Assembly: GCA_963665095.1 (NCBI GenBank)
Contig: OY762069.1
Span: 960,001-1,024,000, forward strand
DNA from: an uncultured Desulfobacter sp.
GTDB taxonomy: Bacteria > Desulfobacterota > Desulfobacteria > Desulfobacterales > Desulfobacteraceae
Length of the DNA: 64,000 nt
Direction: 5' to 3'
In this document: one piece after another, positions 29,796 through 40,348 of the stretch
Layout: every line of letters begins with the position of its first letter
How positions within the stretch are numbered: position 1 is the stretch's first letter
Made by a program: the position numbers and the translations under genes
Notes under the pieces: model-generated
Databases searched by the model: none
Told to the model about the DNA's origin: nothing
The model's input: the letters and a program-made list of their open reading frames with translations, nothing else

Positions 29796-30122
29796 TTAAA
29801 CGCCCTGGGGCGTCTTGATCATATCAGTTTCCAGCATACCGGCAATGTCCAGTGCTGAATTCAGGGAATCATTAATCATGAAAAGCTGAATTTTCAAAGT
29901 TTTCAGGGAGGCCGGGGTTGCCGAAATTTTCTCATCAGATGAAAGGACCGACGAAAACATGTCAGCTTTTTTGGCAAACTCAGAGAGACGTTCGCTGAAC
30001 TGGGTAATTTCCTTTGCCCATTTATCCCTTTCCTCTCTGGTCAGTTCGATGTTGGCGTTATCTGTGCCGTTTATCAAATGGTCAATCTGATATTCTTCCG
30101 GGTTTGCGATGATTTCGTACAT
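29796..30122 (-). CDS. hypothetical helical protein
   Basis: 108-aa ORF with AAGGAG Shine-Dalgarno; no recognised motif. Confidence 0.65.
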   Translation of the reverse strand: MYEIIANPEEYQIDHLINGTDNANIELTREERDKWAKEITQFSERLSEFAKKADMFSSVLSSDEKISATPASLKTLKIQLFMINDSLNSALDIAGMLETDMIKTPQGV

Positions 30123-30357
30123 AATTGGCTCCTTTGTATCTGAAATTATTCCGGAGAAAATTTAAGAGTTGCTCCGGTGCCTGGTTCGGCAAGGTTGAGT
30201 TAAGAATAAGCGGGCACAAAGGAATAGTCAAGCTTACATATTGAAAACATTATACATTCACTCTTTTCTCGCTATGCGATTTTGAAAAGAAGCCGTATCC
30301 ACGCGCGTTATAAGCGATATTCATATTTTTTTTACGCATTGAATAACTATTCAGATT

Positions 30358-31662
30358 TCAATGATTTGGAAGCAGGTTGGTCAGGATATCTCCCTGTGTA
30401 TAAATAATTTTCAATATGGAAAGATAATAGGAATACCGGGCATTGGACATACGCCTCTGGGCATCTACCAAAAGTGTGTTGGCATCCATAATGTCGATGC
30501 TGTCAGCCATTCCGTATTTAAACTGCATTTGAACCGCATTATAGTTTTCCTCGGCGGATTTGACTTCGTCGGCAAGATTGGTCAGGGTGCTTCTGGCTGT
30601 TTTAAAATCGAGAAAGGCTTGCTTTGACTGTAAAATCACCTCATTCTCAAGATTTGCCAGGGCCTGCTGTGCCTGCCGTTTCTTTGCATCTGCCTGGCGA
30701 ACCTGAGCCCTTCGCAGACCGCCGTCATAAAAGGTGAAAACCAGCTGAGCCTGAATATAGGCTTCGTGGGTATTGTATTCAACGCCCCGCCCCGCAGCAG
30801 TATCATAGGAGACATCTTTCTCCCGATACCCCCCTTCAAGATCAATGCTTGGCCAGTAATCCCCCTTTTCATAGGCAATGGTTTTATGGGCAATTTCAAC
30901 AGCTTTTCTGGCCTCTTTAATCTCATAACGGTTCTCCAGAGACCTCTTTTTTATCTGCTCAAGGGTTATATCAAAATTTTCAATGTCTTTAATATCGTCG
31001 GCGGAAATTCTGAACTGATCTTCAACTCCGGTGAGTCTTACAAGCCCTGCCTTGGCTGTTTCAACATTATTAACCGCCACAATATGGTTTGTTTTTGCCT
31101 TTGACAGCTCTGCCTGGGCTCTGTACATGGCCGTTTTTGTCACATTGCCCACATTAAGCTTTTCTTTGACCGAGTCTTTATATGTGGTGAGGCGGTCCAC
31201 CTCTGCCTGTGCCACCTCTACCAGCCGTTTGGCACTTAACGCCTGAGTAAAGATCTGCGCCACTTGAAATATATAATCAGACCTGACAGCAGATTCTGAA
31301 AATTGGGCCTTTTCAATCCCCATTTTGCTCACATCATAGGCAATGAGCTCCCGGCCGTTCAGGGTAAAGGACTGGGTCAGTTTGCCGCCAATGGCGGTGA
31401 CATCCGGGGTGTAGATATCGTCACTTTTGTAATTCAGATAACTGCCGTACAACGTGGCCCTGGGAATCAATACGGACTGTGCCCGTTTTTTATCCTGCCG
31501 GGCAATATAGGTCTCTTCCGTTGCAATCCGGATGCGTTCAGCATTTTCATTGGCTTTCAGGCACAACTGTTTAAGTGTATATAAAGGTTCCGAGGGCATG
31601 CCTGATACAATGCCTGGCATCCAGAACAATAAAGACACGACACAGATAAAAATTGGTTTCAT
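30358..31662 (-). CDS. TolC-family outer membrane efflux protein
   Basis: Signal peptide; two OEP repeats (RYEIK, YWPSIDL, FYDGG, FKYGMADSIDIMDA). Confidence 0.9.
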   Translation of the reverse strand: MKPIFICVVSLLFWMPGIVSGMPSEPLYTLKQLCLKANENAERIRIATEETYIARQDKKRAQSVLIPRATLYGSYLNYKSDDIYTPDVTAIGGKLTQSFTLNGRELIAYDVSKMGIEKAQFSESAVRSDYIFQVAQIFTQALSAKRLVEVAQAEVDRLTTYKDSVKEKLNVGNVTKTAMYRAQAELSKAKTNHIVAVNNVETAKAGLVRLTGVEDQFRISADDIKDIENFDITLEQIKKRSLENRYEIKEARKAVEIAHKTIAYEKGDYWPSIDLEGGYREKDVSYDTAAGRGVEYNTHEAYIQAQLVFTFYDGGLRRAQVRQADAKKRQAQQALANLENEVILQSKQAFLDFKTARSTLTNLADEVKSAEENYNAVQMQFKYGMADSIDIMDANTLLVDAQRRMSNARYSYYLSILKIIYTQGDILTNLLPNH

Positions 31663-31988
31663 TGACGCCTCCCTGGGTTAAAAAAATCGCTCTATTCGGA
31701 AAAATCTGGACCGGTACAAAGCTTCTATCTCCTTCAATACGTTCAAAAGGGACCTTCTGGCTCGTCCGGTGTATGTCTGTCATTGTATACGGTTGTTGTT
31801 GCAAGCATACAAAATATTATGGGCACCGCAACAGGTCAAGCTTTTGGTGGCCGTCCTGTTAAAAAAACGTCCAGTGGCTTGCAAACCCCTGAACCTGCGC
31901 TTATTATTTCCGCTGATAGTAAATTTGATCATTATGTGATATCTATCATCAACATTTTAGAGATAAATTAAAATAACAGGAGGAAAGC

Positions 31989-32876
31989 TTGAGCATTATA
32001 CCCGAAACAGAATATGAAGGTCTGCCCTTGATCAGACAGGGAAAGGTCAGGGACATTTTTGATACGGGCGATGCCCTGCTCATGGTTACCACAGACAGGC
32101 TTTCCGCATTTGATGTGGTACTGCCGGATCCCATTCCCGACAAAGGCAAGGTATTAAACCAGATCTCGGCATTCTGGTTCAAAAAAATGGAATCCATTAT
32201 TAAAAACCACATTATCAGTACGGATGTTGCTGACTTCCCCAACGAATTTCAAAAATACAAGGATGCTCTTGAAGGCCGCAGCATGCTGGTGAAAAAAGCC
32301 AAACCCATGGCTGTGGAGTGCATTGTCAGGGGCTATATTTCAGGCTCGGGCTGGAAATCCTATAAAAAGGCAGGCCATGTCTGCAACATCCGGCTGCCGG
32401 AAGGTATGAAAGAATCAGACAAGCTTGAAACGCCTTTGTTCACACCCTCCACCAAGGCTGAAATCGGTGATCATGATATCAATATCAGCTTTGAAGAAAC
32501 AGTGAATATTTTAGGGAAAGAAACCGCTGAAAAACTACGCGATTTAAGTCTTGAGATATACAACACAGGCGCTGCGTTTGCTCTTGAAAAAGGAATTATT
32601 ATTGCCGATACCAAGTTTGAATTCGGCGTGCTGGATGATGAAATTATTCTTATTGATGAAATTTTGACCCCGGACTCATCCAGGTTCTGGCCCCTTGATG
32701 ACTATGAGCCGGGCAGGGGACAAAGAAGTTTTGACAAGCAGACCGTCAGGGACTGGCTCACCAATTCCGGTTGGGATAAAACCCCGCCGGCTCCGACACT
32801 CCCGGCAGAAATTATTGAAAATACCAGCAAAACCTACAAAGAAATTTATAACCGTCTGACAGGCGATACCATCTGA
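31989..32876 (+). CDS. purC: SAICAR synthase
   Basis: [48 protein letters not shown]. Confidence 0.97.
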   Translation: MSIIPETEYEGLPLIRQGKVRDIFDTGDALLMVTTDRLSAFDVVLPDPIPDKGKVLNQISAFWFKKMESIIKNHIISTDVADFPNEFQKYKDALEGRSMLVKKAKPMAVECIVRGYISGSGWKSYKKAGHVCNIRLPEGMKESDKLETPLFTPSTKAEIGDHDINISFEETVNILGKETAEKLRDLSLEIYNTGAAFALEKGIIIADTKFEFGVLDDEIILIDEILTPDSSRFWPLDDYEPGRGQRSFDKQTVRDWLTNSGWDKTPPAPTLPAEIIENTSKTYKEIYNRLTGDTI

Positions 32877-32879
32877 TCC

Positions 32880-33878
32880 ATGGCAGATATAACGCTTTTT
32901 GACATCCCGGTTTCTTCCATTGATCTGGCTGACACCGGGTTTCGTATTTCAGGACCCGGCCATGATATTGAACATCTGGCCGGGTCCATATCTGAAAACG
33001 GTCTTCTGTTACCACCGCTCCTGCTTAAAAAGGTCGAAAATTTTGCTATTGTGTCCGGCTTCAGGCGCATTGAGGCGGCAATTGATTCCGGACTTGAGCG
33101 GATCACCTGCCGAATATTAAGGCCGGATGGCGAAGCCGGGGGGCAGAAAAAAGCAGCTGTTGCGGCAGTGGCTGAAAACGCTTTTTCCAGGGAATTGTCG
33201 GCGGCAGAGCAGGTCCGTTCTGTGGCTTTATTAATCCGTTTTATGGATGTTAAAGAAGTGGCTGCCAGATCAGTCTCTATCTTCAACACGTCTTTGAACA
33301 CAGGGTATATTACCGCATTATCCCGCATTCATCAGATGCCGGAACCCGTGCTTGACCTTCTGGAACAGGGACATTTATCCATCAAGTCATGCAAAACCCT
33401 AATCTCCTTTAATGCTGACGACATCAGTGCCTTTTTATCTCTTTTTTCACGGATAAAAGTCTCGTCCGGTAATCAGATGGAGATTATTGCATGGGCAAAA
33501 GAGATCTGCGCCCTGGAGAAAATCAGCTTGTCGCAACTGGTTGAGCAAAGCCCTGTGGGGGCTGTCGGCCCAGATAAGACAGGGCAGGGCGGCAATGCCT
33601 CTTCCCATAAGGACATGGGCGCCCTTGGCAAGCAGTTCAAAGCCTTTCTGGGCACGCGCAGGTTTCCTTCCCTGACAAAGGCGAAAAAGAAGGCCATGGA
33701 GCAGATCCGGCACCTTGATCTGGATAAAGGAATGCAGATAACCATTCCTGATAATTTTGAAGGCCTGACGTATTCCCTGCAGCTGGAATTCGCAACTGTA
33801 CAAGAGTTTAACAATCATCTCTTATGTCTGTCCCGCATCGCTGATGAGCCCGGGTTTACATCATTTGTGGACAGGTAG
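32880..33878 (+). CDS. ParB N-terminal-domain protein
   Basis: LAGSISENGLLLPP, IVSGFRRIEAA, AENAFSRELSAAEQ. Confidence 0.8.
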   Translation: MADITLFDIPVSSIDLADTGFRISGPGHDIEHLAGSISENGLLLPPLLLKKVENFAIVSGFRRIEAAIDSGLERITCRILRPDGEAGGQKKAAVAAVAENAFSRELSAAEQVRSVALLIRFMDVKEVAARSVSIFNTSLNTGYITALSRIHQMPEPVLDLLEQGHLSIKSCKTLISFNADDISAFLSLFSRIKVSSGNQMEIIAWAKEICALEKISLSQLVEQSPVGAVGPDKTGQGGNASSHKDMGALGKQFKAFLGTRRFPSLTKAKKKAMEQIRHLDLDKGMQITIPDNFEGLTYSLQLEFATVQEFNNHLLCLSRIADEPGFTSFVDR

Positions 33879-33880
33879 GC

Positions 33881-34990
33881 ATGGCTGGCTTCAAACAGAT
33901 CTTTATAGACAGGGACCTTCCCCTGACTACGGAAATTGACTGCCTGATTGAAAAAACAGGGCTCTGCCCGGAAAAGATTGCTGATTCCCGGCCGGTGTAT
34001 GACCTGATCAACCAGGCCCCCGATCCGGTGGGGTTTGCCAAAACCGTTTTATACATTACAACCAACAAAGGGGCTTGCATCCGCAAATGTCCGGGCACCA
34101 GCTACTACACCTGCTGTGACTACACAATCCTTCACTGTGGCACCTTCTGCACCATGGACTGTGCCTACTGCATATTACAGGCCTATTTCCATCCTCCGGT
34201 ACTCCAGTATTTTGCAGGCCTGGATAGTATGGGAAACGCCCTTGATCAGGTGTTTACCGAAGACCGGATTTACCGCATAGGTACAGGAGAGTACACGGAT
34301 TCCCTTATCTGGGAGCCCATCAGCCTCATGCCTGAATATCTGGTTGAAAAATTTGCAAACCAGAATCATGCGGTTCTGGAGCTCAAAACCAAAACAGTCA
34401 GCATTGATTCCCTGCTCGATCTGCCCCACAACCGTAAAACCATCCTTTCCTGGTCTGTGAACACGCCTAAGGTAATTGCCTCGGAAGAACGGGGCACCGC
34501 AAGTCTGACCGCCCGTCTTAAAGCCGCGGCCAAGGCTGTATCCAAAGGATTCCGGGTGGCATTTCACTTTGATCCGATTATCCTGTATCCAGGCTGTGAA
34601 AACGAATATGAAACAGTGGTTGAAACCATATTTAATTATGTTTCACCCTCTGATGTGGTCTGGATTTCCATTGGCACCTTCAGGTTCATGCCCCATTTAA
34701 AACCCATTATTGAACAGCGCTTTTCAGGATCCACTATACCTTACGGCGAATTTATAACTGGACTTGATAATAAAATGCGCTATTTTAAACCACTGAGAAT
34801 CGCCATTTACCAGCGGCTGGCCGCAGTTTTCAGACAGATTGCCCCGGATGTCACAGTCTATTTCTGCATGGAAGACAAAGAGGTATGGGAAAAAACCTTC
34901 GGCTTTTTCCCTGAAAAACCCGGAGCGCTTGCCCACATGCTGGACAAGGCGGCTGTAAACCGGTGTGGGCTTGACAGTCGCCTTTTATAA
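33881..34990 (+). CDS. spore-photoproduct-lyase-like radical SAM protein
   Basis: CTMDCAYC radical SAM motif, GTGEYTDS, LELKTK, WSVN, FHFDPII, YFCME. Confidence 0.85.
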   Translation: MAGFKQIFIDRDLPLTTEIDCLIEKTGLCPEKIADSRPVYDLINQAPDPVGFAKTVLYITTNKGACIRKCPGTSYYTCCDYTILHCGTFCTMDCAYCILQAYFHPPVLQYFAGLDSMGNALDQVFTEDRIYRIGTGEYTDSLIWEPISLMPEYLVEKFANQNHAVLELKTKTVSIDSLLDLPHNRKTILSWSVNTPKVIASEERGTASLTARLKAAAKAVSKGFRVAFHFDPIILYPGCENEYETVVETIFNYVSPSDVVWISIGTFRFMPHLKPIIEQRFSGSTIPYGEFITGLDNKMRYFKPLRIAIYQRLAAVFRQIAPDVTVYFCMEDKEVWEKTFGFFPEKPGALAHMLDKAAVNRCGLDSRLL

Positions 34991-35072
34991 CCATTTTCCC
35001 AACTTAATTTACACCATCTTCAGCCGTAGTTAATCCCTGCAGGCTAACGGAAGTCATAAATTTTCCTATCGA

Positions 35073-37025
35073 TTATTTTCTGCCGTTTTTTTTGGCCAGC
35101 TTCTTTACATAGGATTCAAGCTTTAATCCGTGCCAGGCACCTTTGACAAGGGCTTTGATTTTACAGGATGAATAAAGGGCCTGGGTGAGATCACTGAAGA
35201 TGGTGTATTTTTTCTCAGTATAGGGAAACCAGTTGGCTTCCATTTTTGCTGAATTCTTATCAATGAGAACAGCTTTTACATTGGTAAATGCATAGAATCC
35301 GAATTCGCCTTTGTACCGGCCGAAGCCACTTTTCTGCACCCCGCCGAAGGGCAGGTTGTGGTTGCCTTCAGTGAGCATGACATTGTTGATGGAGACATTG
35401 CCCGTATAAATTGCCCGGGCTACCCGGTCCGCCCGATCAAGATCGTTGGACCAGACTGATGCAGACAGCCCGTATTCCGGATCATTGGCAAGTTCAACAG
35501 CCTGCGCTTCGCTGGAAAAAGAATATATGGGCAGAATGGGCCCGAAATTTTCCTGCTGATCCACGAGCATATCCGCTGTAATCCCTTCTACAATCATGGG
35601 AGGGATGAATTCAGACTTCCCGTCCCACTCCTGACCGGTTAGAAAAACCGCTCCTTTCTCCTTGGCATCTGCCACCTGGGCGGCAATGGTTTTCACCTGA
35701 CCTTGTGTACACATGGGCCCGATATCTGTGTTACCGTCCCTGTTATCTTTTTGGCTTAAGTTAAGGGTGGCCTCAACCAGGGCTTTCTTAAAGGGCTCAT
35801 AAATATTTTCATGGACAAACAGACGTTCAACCGATGTACAGGACTGTCCTGTGGTGGTAAACGCACCCCAGACAGCACCTGCAACGGCCCGGTCTATATT
35901 TACATCATCAAACACCACCATGGGATCCTTGCCTCCCAGCTCCAGCTCCACAGGAATCAGATGCTTTGCGGCCTTCTCCATGACATGCCGCCCCACCGCC
36001 TGGCTGCCGATGAGAAAAATTTTGTCCGGCCTGCCCTCCACCAGGGCATCCCCCACCGTTTCCCCGGCACCGTATACGATCTGGACCCAGCCGGCACGAA
36101 ATCCCGCTTTTGAGAGCAACCCCTCCACAAGTCCGGTCAAGGGTGTGGCTGAAGAGGGTTTAAACACCACGGCATTGCCTGCAATAAAGGCCTGGGTGAT
36201 TGGCACAATGGCCTGATAAAAGGGGTAGTTCCAGGGAGAAATCAACAGCACTGTCCCCATGGGCTCAAAATATACCCGGGATTTTTTTCCCATCAGAGCA
36301 AAGGGGGTGGGCACGTTTCGGTCCTTAAGAACTTTAACCGCGTTTTTCTCCAGGTAATCCAGATAATCCAGCACCCCGAAAATTTCAGCAGTAATGGCAT
36401 CAAACCGGGATTTTCGGGTATCCGCCTGGATGCGGTCGAGGATATGTTCCTGTTGCTCCAGGATCAGCGCCTTCAAGGCTGAAATGAACTCCACCCGCTT
36501 TTTCACTCCCCACTCGCGAAGCTCAGACTGGGCAGTCCTGGCCCGGTGGTACACCTTTGCAATATCTTCTGGCGTTGGGTTTTCCAGATTGATAGACATC
36601 TCTTTTGCGGGCAGTTCATCCTTTCGCAGGGAAAGTTTCGGATGCCAGTCAATGGCGTCGTGTACAGTTTTCCCCTGGTATCCGGGTGCAGTCACATTGG
36701 AAAAATAGGGAGAATACACTGCCCCCTTGATCCCAATTTCAAGCATTCGCAGTGGCGCGCCCAGAAAATCTGGCAGGTTATCGCTTTTGCGCCACAGGGA
36801 GAACAACATGCGAATTTTCCATTTTGGTGTGTACCTGAACAGTGAGAGTATAAGACGCAATCCGGATAGATCCTCCTGGGACAGAAAGGCAGCCATTCGG
36901 TCCATATGTACAATACACCCGGTTTGTGAAAAAGAAGGGGACTTCGCCGTACCAGGAAGCAGTATATCCCCGGCCTTGGCCAGTCCTTTGAGCTGGGTCT
37001 GTGAAAAATATCTGGATACCATCAT
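35073..37025 (-). CDS. aldehyde dehydrogenase with an extra N-terminal domain of about 140 aa
   Basis: ISPWNYP, LELGGKDP, GQSCTS, ENFGP, YGLSAS, PFGGVQKSGFGR. Confidence 0.92.
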   Translation of the reverse strand: MMVSRYFSQTQLKGLAKAGDILLPGTAKSPSFSQTGCIVHMDRMAAFLSQEDLSGLRLILSLFRYTPKWKIRMLFSLWRKSDNLPDFLGAPLRMLEIGIKGAVYSPYFSNVTAPGYQGKTVHDAIDWHPKLSLRKDELPAKEMSINLENPTPEDIAKVYHRARTAQSELREWGVKKRVEFISALKALILEQQEHILDRIQADTRKSRFDAITAEIFGVLDYLDYLEKNAVKVLKDRNVPTPFALMGKKSRVYFEPMGTVLLISPWNYPFYQAIVPITQAFIAGNAVVFKPSSATPLTGLVEGLLSKAGFRAGWVQIVYGAGETVGDALVEGRPDKIFLIGSQAVGRHVMEKAAKHLIPVELELGGKDPMVVFDDVNIDRAVAGAVWGAFTTTGQSCTSVERLFVHENIYEPFKKALVEATLNLSQKDNRDGNTDIGPMCTQGQVKTIAAQVADAKEKGAVFLTGQEWDGKSEFIPPMIVEGITADMLVDQQENFGPILPIYSFSSEAQAVELANDPEYGLSASVWSNDLDRADRVARAIYTGNVSINNVMLTEGNHNLPFGGVQKSGFGRYKGEFGFYAFTNVKAVLIDKNSAKMEANWFPYTEKKYTIFSDLTQALYSSCKIKALVKGAWHGLKLESYVKKLAKKNGRK

Positions 37026-38437
37026 TTTATCTTTTCCTTTTTCAGAATGGTGTGGGCGGCTTTTTTAGACAGCGCCATAATGGTCAGTGACGGATTGATG
37101 CCCGGGGCATTGGGAAAAATGGAGGAGTCCGCAATGTACATACCAGGGGTGCTGTGAACCTCAAATTCCGGGGTTACCACGGAATTGGCCGGATCCGTTC
37201 CCATGGCGCAGCAGCCCATCAGGTGCAGCCCGATGCCGAACCTCCCATGGATGATCTCTTTAGCCCCCGTGGTCTTGAAAATATCTTCAATCACAGTTTT
37301 ACCGCGTTCATACCGGTTGATATCTTCCTGGTTCAAAGATTTTCTGATCATGGCCCTGCCTTTCCGATTCACAGTAACTGTGCCGGGCTCGGTATCCCGG
37401 GTGCAGACCTCAATACAGGCAAAATGGGATAGTTTCTCCATGGTCTCTTGGAATGGCTTGCCAAATCCAGGCACCAGAAGTGCCATCCCCTCAGGGCCGG
37501 CATATACATTTTCAAGCTTAAATCCGTCTTTCCTGAATCCTTTGTCATCGGATTTAAATGCCTGGAATGCGCCTAAATGGGAGTTTATCTTTTCATCATA
37601 CACCCCGAAACTCATGTACTGGGGATGGCAGTAAAAACCCCTGCCCAGGCTGGGTAGTTTTTTCCCAAAACCAGAATTAAGCAATAATCTTGCATTGCCA
37701 ATGGCGCCGCCTGCCAGCACAAGGTTGCGACCTTTAAATTCAGCTTGCCCGTTGTTGGCCTGTATACCGCACACCTGAAACTCTTTGTTTATCGAGGTTA
37801 TTCTTACCACTTCGGTCTCCGGTACCAGAACCAGGCCGTTTTCAAGGGCCGTTTTAAGAACGGTTTCAAGGGTGCTTTGTTTAGAGCCCAGACGGCAGCC
37901 GTTCAGACATTCAATGCAGCAGTTGCCCTCTTCAAGTCGGCAGTTGCTCTGGGCACGGCGCAGGGGAGCATTCTGAAAATTTAAATTTTTAAATCCCTGG
38001 TCAAAAATCTCAGCGTTTTTATTTCTGAACTGTGCCGGTATTTCCTGAATCTCAATACTGTTCTCGGCGCTTTCATACCAGGGTGACATATCGTCAACCG
38101 TGAAATAGTCCACACCGGACTGTAGACGCCATGCATCCAGAGCATCTTCGTCAAATCGGTCCACCAGAGCCTGATTGACAACAGAACCGCCTCCTACTAC
38201 CTTGGGTCGTAAAAAAGCAATTTTACAGTCATGACCAAGCTCCATGCCGCCTGACCAGTAGAGCTGGGAATTGCCGTCCAGGCCGTTGGTTGGAAAGGTT
38301 TTGCGGGTAAAGTGCCGTCCTGCTTCAATGAGCAGACACCTGGCACCTGCCCGGCAAAGCTCATCCGCAATGAAAGGGCCGGAAATTCCCGCCCCCACAA
38401 TAATAAAATCAAATTTTTGGAAGCGTGCCACAGTCAT
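37022..38437 (-). CDS. GMC-family FAD oxidoreductase
   Basis: GAGISG, VGGGSVVN, internal Cys cluster C..CIECLNGC, HLMGCCAMG, DSSIFP..NPSLTI. Confidence 0.9.
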   Translation of the reverse strand: MTVARFQKFDFIIVGAGISGPFIADELCRAGARCLLIEAGRHFTRKTFPTNGLDGNSQLYWSGGMELGHDCKIAFLRPKVVGGGSVVNQALVDRFDEDALDAWRLQSGVDYFTVDDMSPWYESAENSIEIQEIPAQFRNKNAEIFDQGFKNLNFQNAPLRRAQSNCRLEEGNCCIECLNGCRLGSKQSTLETVLKTALENGLVLVPETEVVRITSINKEFQVCGIQANNGQAEFKGRNLVLAGGAIGNARLLLNSGFGKKLPSLGRGFYCHPQYMSFGVYDEKINSHLGAFQAFKSDDKGFRKDGFKLENVYAGPEGMALLVPGFGKPFQETMEKLSHFACIEVCTRDTEPGTVTVNRKGRAMIRKSLNQEDINRYERGKTVIEDIFKTTGAKEIIHGRFGIGLHLMGCCAMGTDPANSVVTPEFEVHSTPGMYIADSSIFPNAPGINPSLTIMALSKKAAHTILKKEKIK

Positions 38438-38454
38438 CTCCTTTTAAAGGGTTC

Positions 38455-39672
38455 TTATAAAAACGCATACCCCTGACCCCGGTATGTCGGAACACTGCCA
38501 TGGTATTGCCCGTTTTTAACCAGGAACAACTCATTAAACCGTTCGCACAGTTCCCCCGCCTTGGCATGTTGAAAGAATACAGGATCGTATGGTTTTAGGC
38601 TGGGTCCGTTTCGGGGCAGTTTCAGCGGGGTCTGCACTTCGCCGGCACCTTCCATGGAAAGGTAAGACAACCCTTGTGGCATGACCGGCCAGGGCAGTCG
38701 GTTGGCATTGACTTCGCCTGATCCCACATACCCTCCGCCGACACAGGTAATGATACCCGGTGTTGGATTCCTGCCCACCTGCAGGCCAAAAAACGCGGCT
38801 GGTTCAAAATTGACATCATGAAAATAGGTGAAAAGTCCGGGCGCAAAAAAAGCACTTCCTGCGGTTACTTCTGTGACACCTGGGTCATTGCCTGTGGAGA
38901 TCAGGCTGCCACTGCCCCCACCGTTGACGACCTCTATCTGAATACCTTCGTCTAAGAGGCGCTTAACCATCTCCGCCCGCCGCCGGCTAAGTTCCCTGGC
39001 TGAATGCTGTTTCACCCATCTTATCAATATATTTTTCAGGGTACTGCCCGGAAGATTATCGTTGACTGAGGCGATCTGAGCTTCATATCCCATGACAGCA
39101 GAGATTTTTATCCCCGGAAGAGTATCAACAGCCTTTTGAGCCAACGCCAGCACCTGATCCGGATGTAATAAGGGACTGCGCCGAACACCTAAATGAATTA
39201 GATTGCCAAACGGGCGAAAAGACATGTCTACGTCCAGACATACCTTTAAGGCGACGCCTTCTTTTGCCCCCATACCTGAAATGGCCTCAAGATGCTCAAA
39301 ACAATCGGCCATCATGGTGACATTTGCCCCCTGGGTGGTTTTTTTAACAAACAGGGCGAGATCTGAAGGCTGAATGGAGGGATAGGCCACAATAATATCA
39401 TTAAATCCGTGGTCAATTAACAGCGCTGCCTCCTCCATGGTAAATGCCAGTATTCCTTTAAACACCGGGCCTCCTTTGTCAAATACCCGTTTGATCAAAT
39501 CAAGGCATCTCAACGATTTGGATGCAATGCGAATGGTCTTGCCCGTCTCTTTTTGAGTGGCAGCCACATAGGCCACATTCCGGTCAAACCGGTCAAGATC
39601 CACAAAAGCAAGGGGATATCTGAATCCTTCAAAGATTTCCCGGTACTGTACATAAGCGGTGTCCCAGTCCAT
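38455..39672 (-). CDS. PLP fold-III amino-acid aldolase/deaminase (alanine racemase/DSD1-like)
   Basis: IRIASKSLR, HLGVRRSPL, MGYEAQIA, NGGGSGS, EVTAGS, EGAGEVQTP, HAKAGELCERFN, PTYRGQG. Confidence 0.88.
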   Translation of the reverse strand: MDWDTAYVQYREIFEGFRYPLAFVDLDRFDRNVAYVAATQKETGKTIRIASKSLRCLDLIKRVFDKGGPVFKGILAFTMEEAALLIDHGFNDIIVAYPSIQPSDLALFVKKTTQGANVTMMADCFEHLEAISGMGAKEGVALKVCLDVDMSFRPFGNLIHLGVRRSPLLHPDQVLALAQKAVDTLPGIKISAVMGYEAQIASVNDNLPGSTLKNILIRWVKQHSARELSRRRAEMVKRLLDEGIQIEVVNGGGSGSLISTGNDPGVTEVTAGSAFFAPGLFTYFHDVNFEPAAFFGLQVGRNPTPGIITCVGGGYVGSGEVNANRLPWPVMPQGLSYLSMEGAGEVQTPLKLPRNGPSLKPYDPVFFQHAKAGELCERFNELFLVKNGQYHGSVPTYRGQGYAFL

Positions 39673-39674
39673 AA

Positions 39675-40331
39675 TTACTCTCCTTGAGTACTGCAGCCAA
39701 CAGCCGCCCGGATAACATATGCGATCAAATCCCGGGTAATGGCAAGTGTCCTGTCCAGGCTGACTGCAGCCGGATCTGCAAACCATTGCAGTTCAATGCC
39801 TTCATGAATGGCCACCACAGTCGCAGCCAGTTGCTGTCGCTTGACCGGATCAAGCTGATCAAATCCAGGTACCTGATTTAGCTGTGCCACAATGGCCTGC
39901 CTGAACCGAATAAACATTCTGGCCATGAAACTTCTGATTTTTAAATTAGTTCGTGCTGCAACCAGGCATTCAAGAAAAAATCCGGTATGAACTTCACTGA
40001 TCATATTTTCCGAAAAGATAAAAGGCAGGCCGGGAATATCTTTAACCATGCACGTGTTTGAAGATGATTCTTTTTTGCTGGTCCTTAATTTACCCGTCTG
40101 TTCCAACTGATCCTGAAAACGCTCAAATATCCCGTCTGTATACAGCTTTACCGCTTCTTCAATCAGCTCCTCACGGTTTTTAAAATAATGATGAAGAATG
40201 GAAGGATGAAGGCCTGCTGTTTTGGCAATTTTGCGAATGGAGGCGTTTGCCATTCCTGATGTTTCCACACAGGTAAAGAAAGCCTGGATAATTTCAAGAC
40301 GGCGCTGGTCTGCTTTGCTTTTTCGTCCCAT
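39675..40331 (-). CDS. TetR-family regulator (BetI-like C-terminus)
   Basis: HTH SIRKIAKTAGLHPSILHHYFKNREEL. Confidence 0.9.
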   Translation of the reverse strand: MGRKSKADQRRLEIIQAFFTCVETSGMANASIRKIAKTAGLHPSILHHYFKNREELIEEAVKLYTDGIFERFQDQLEQTGKLRTSKKESSSNTCMVKDIPGLPFIFSENMISEVHTGFFLECLVAARTNLKIRSFMARMFIRFRQAIVAQLNQVPGFDQLDPVKRQQLAATVVAIHEGIELQWFADPAAVSLDRTLAITRDLIAYVIRAAVGCSTQGE

Positions 40332-40348
40332 ACCGCTTCCTGTAGATA

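Noticed and set aside
31700..31988. Purine or ZTP riboswitch before purC
   Set aside because: No recognisable consensus elements were seen.
36753..36762. TGGCGCGCCC match to the tRNA-Arg 3' end as an island att site
   Set aside because: It is only 10 bp and lies inside the intact ALDH coding sequence; probably chance.
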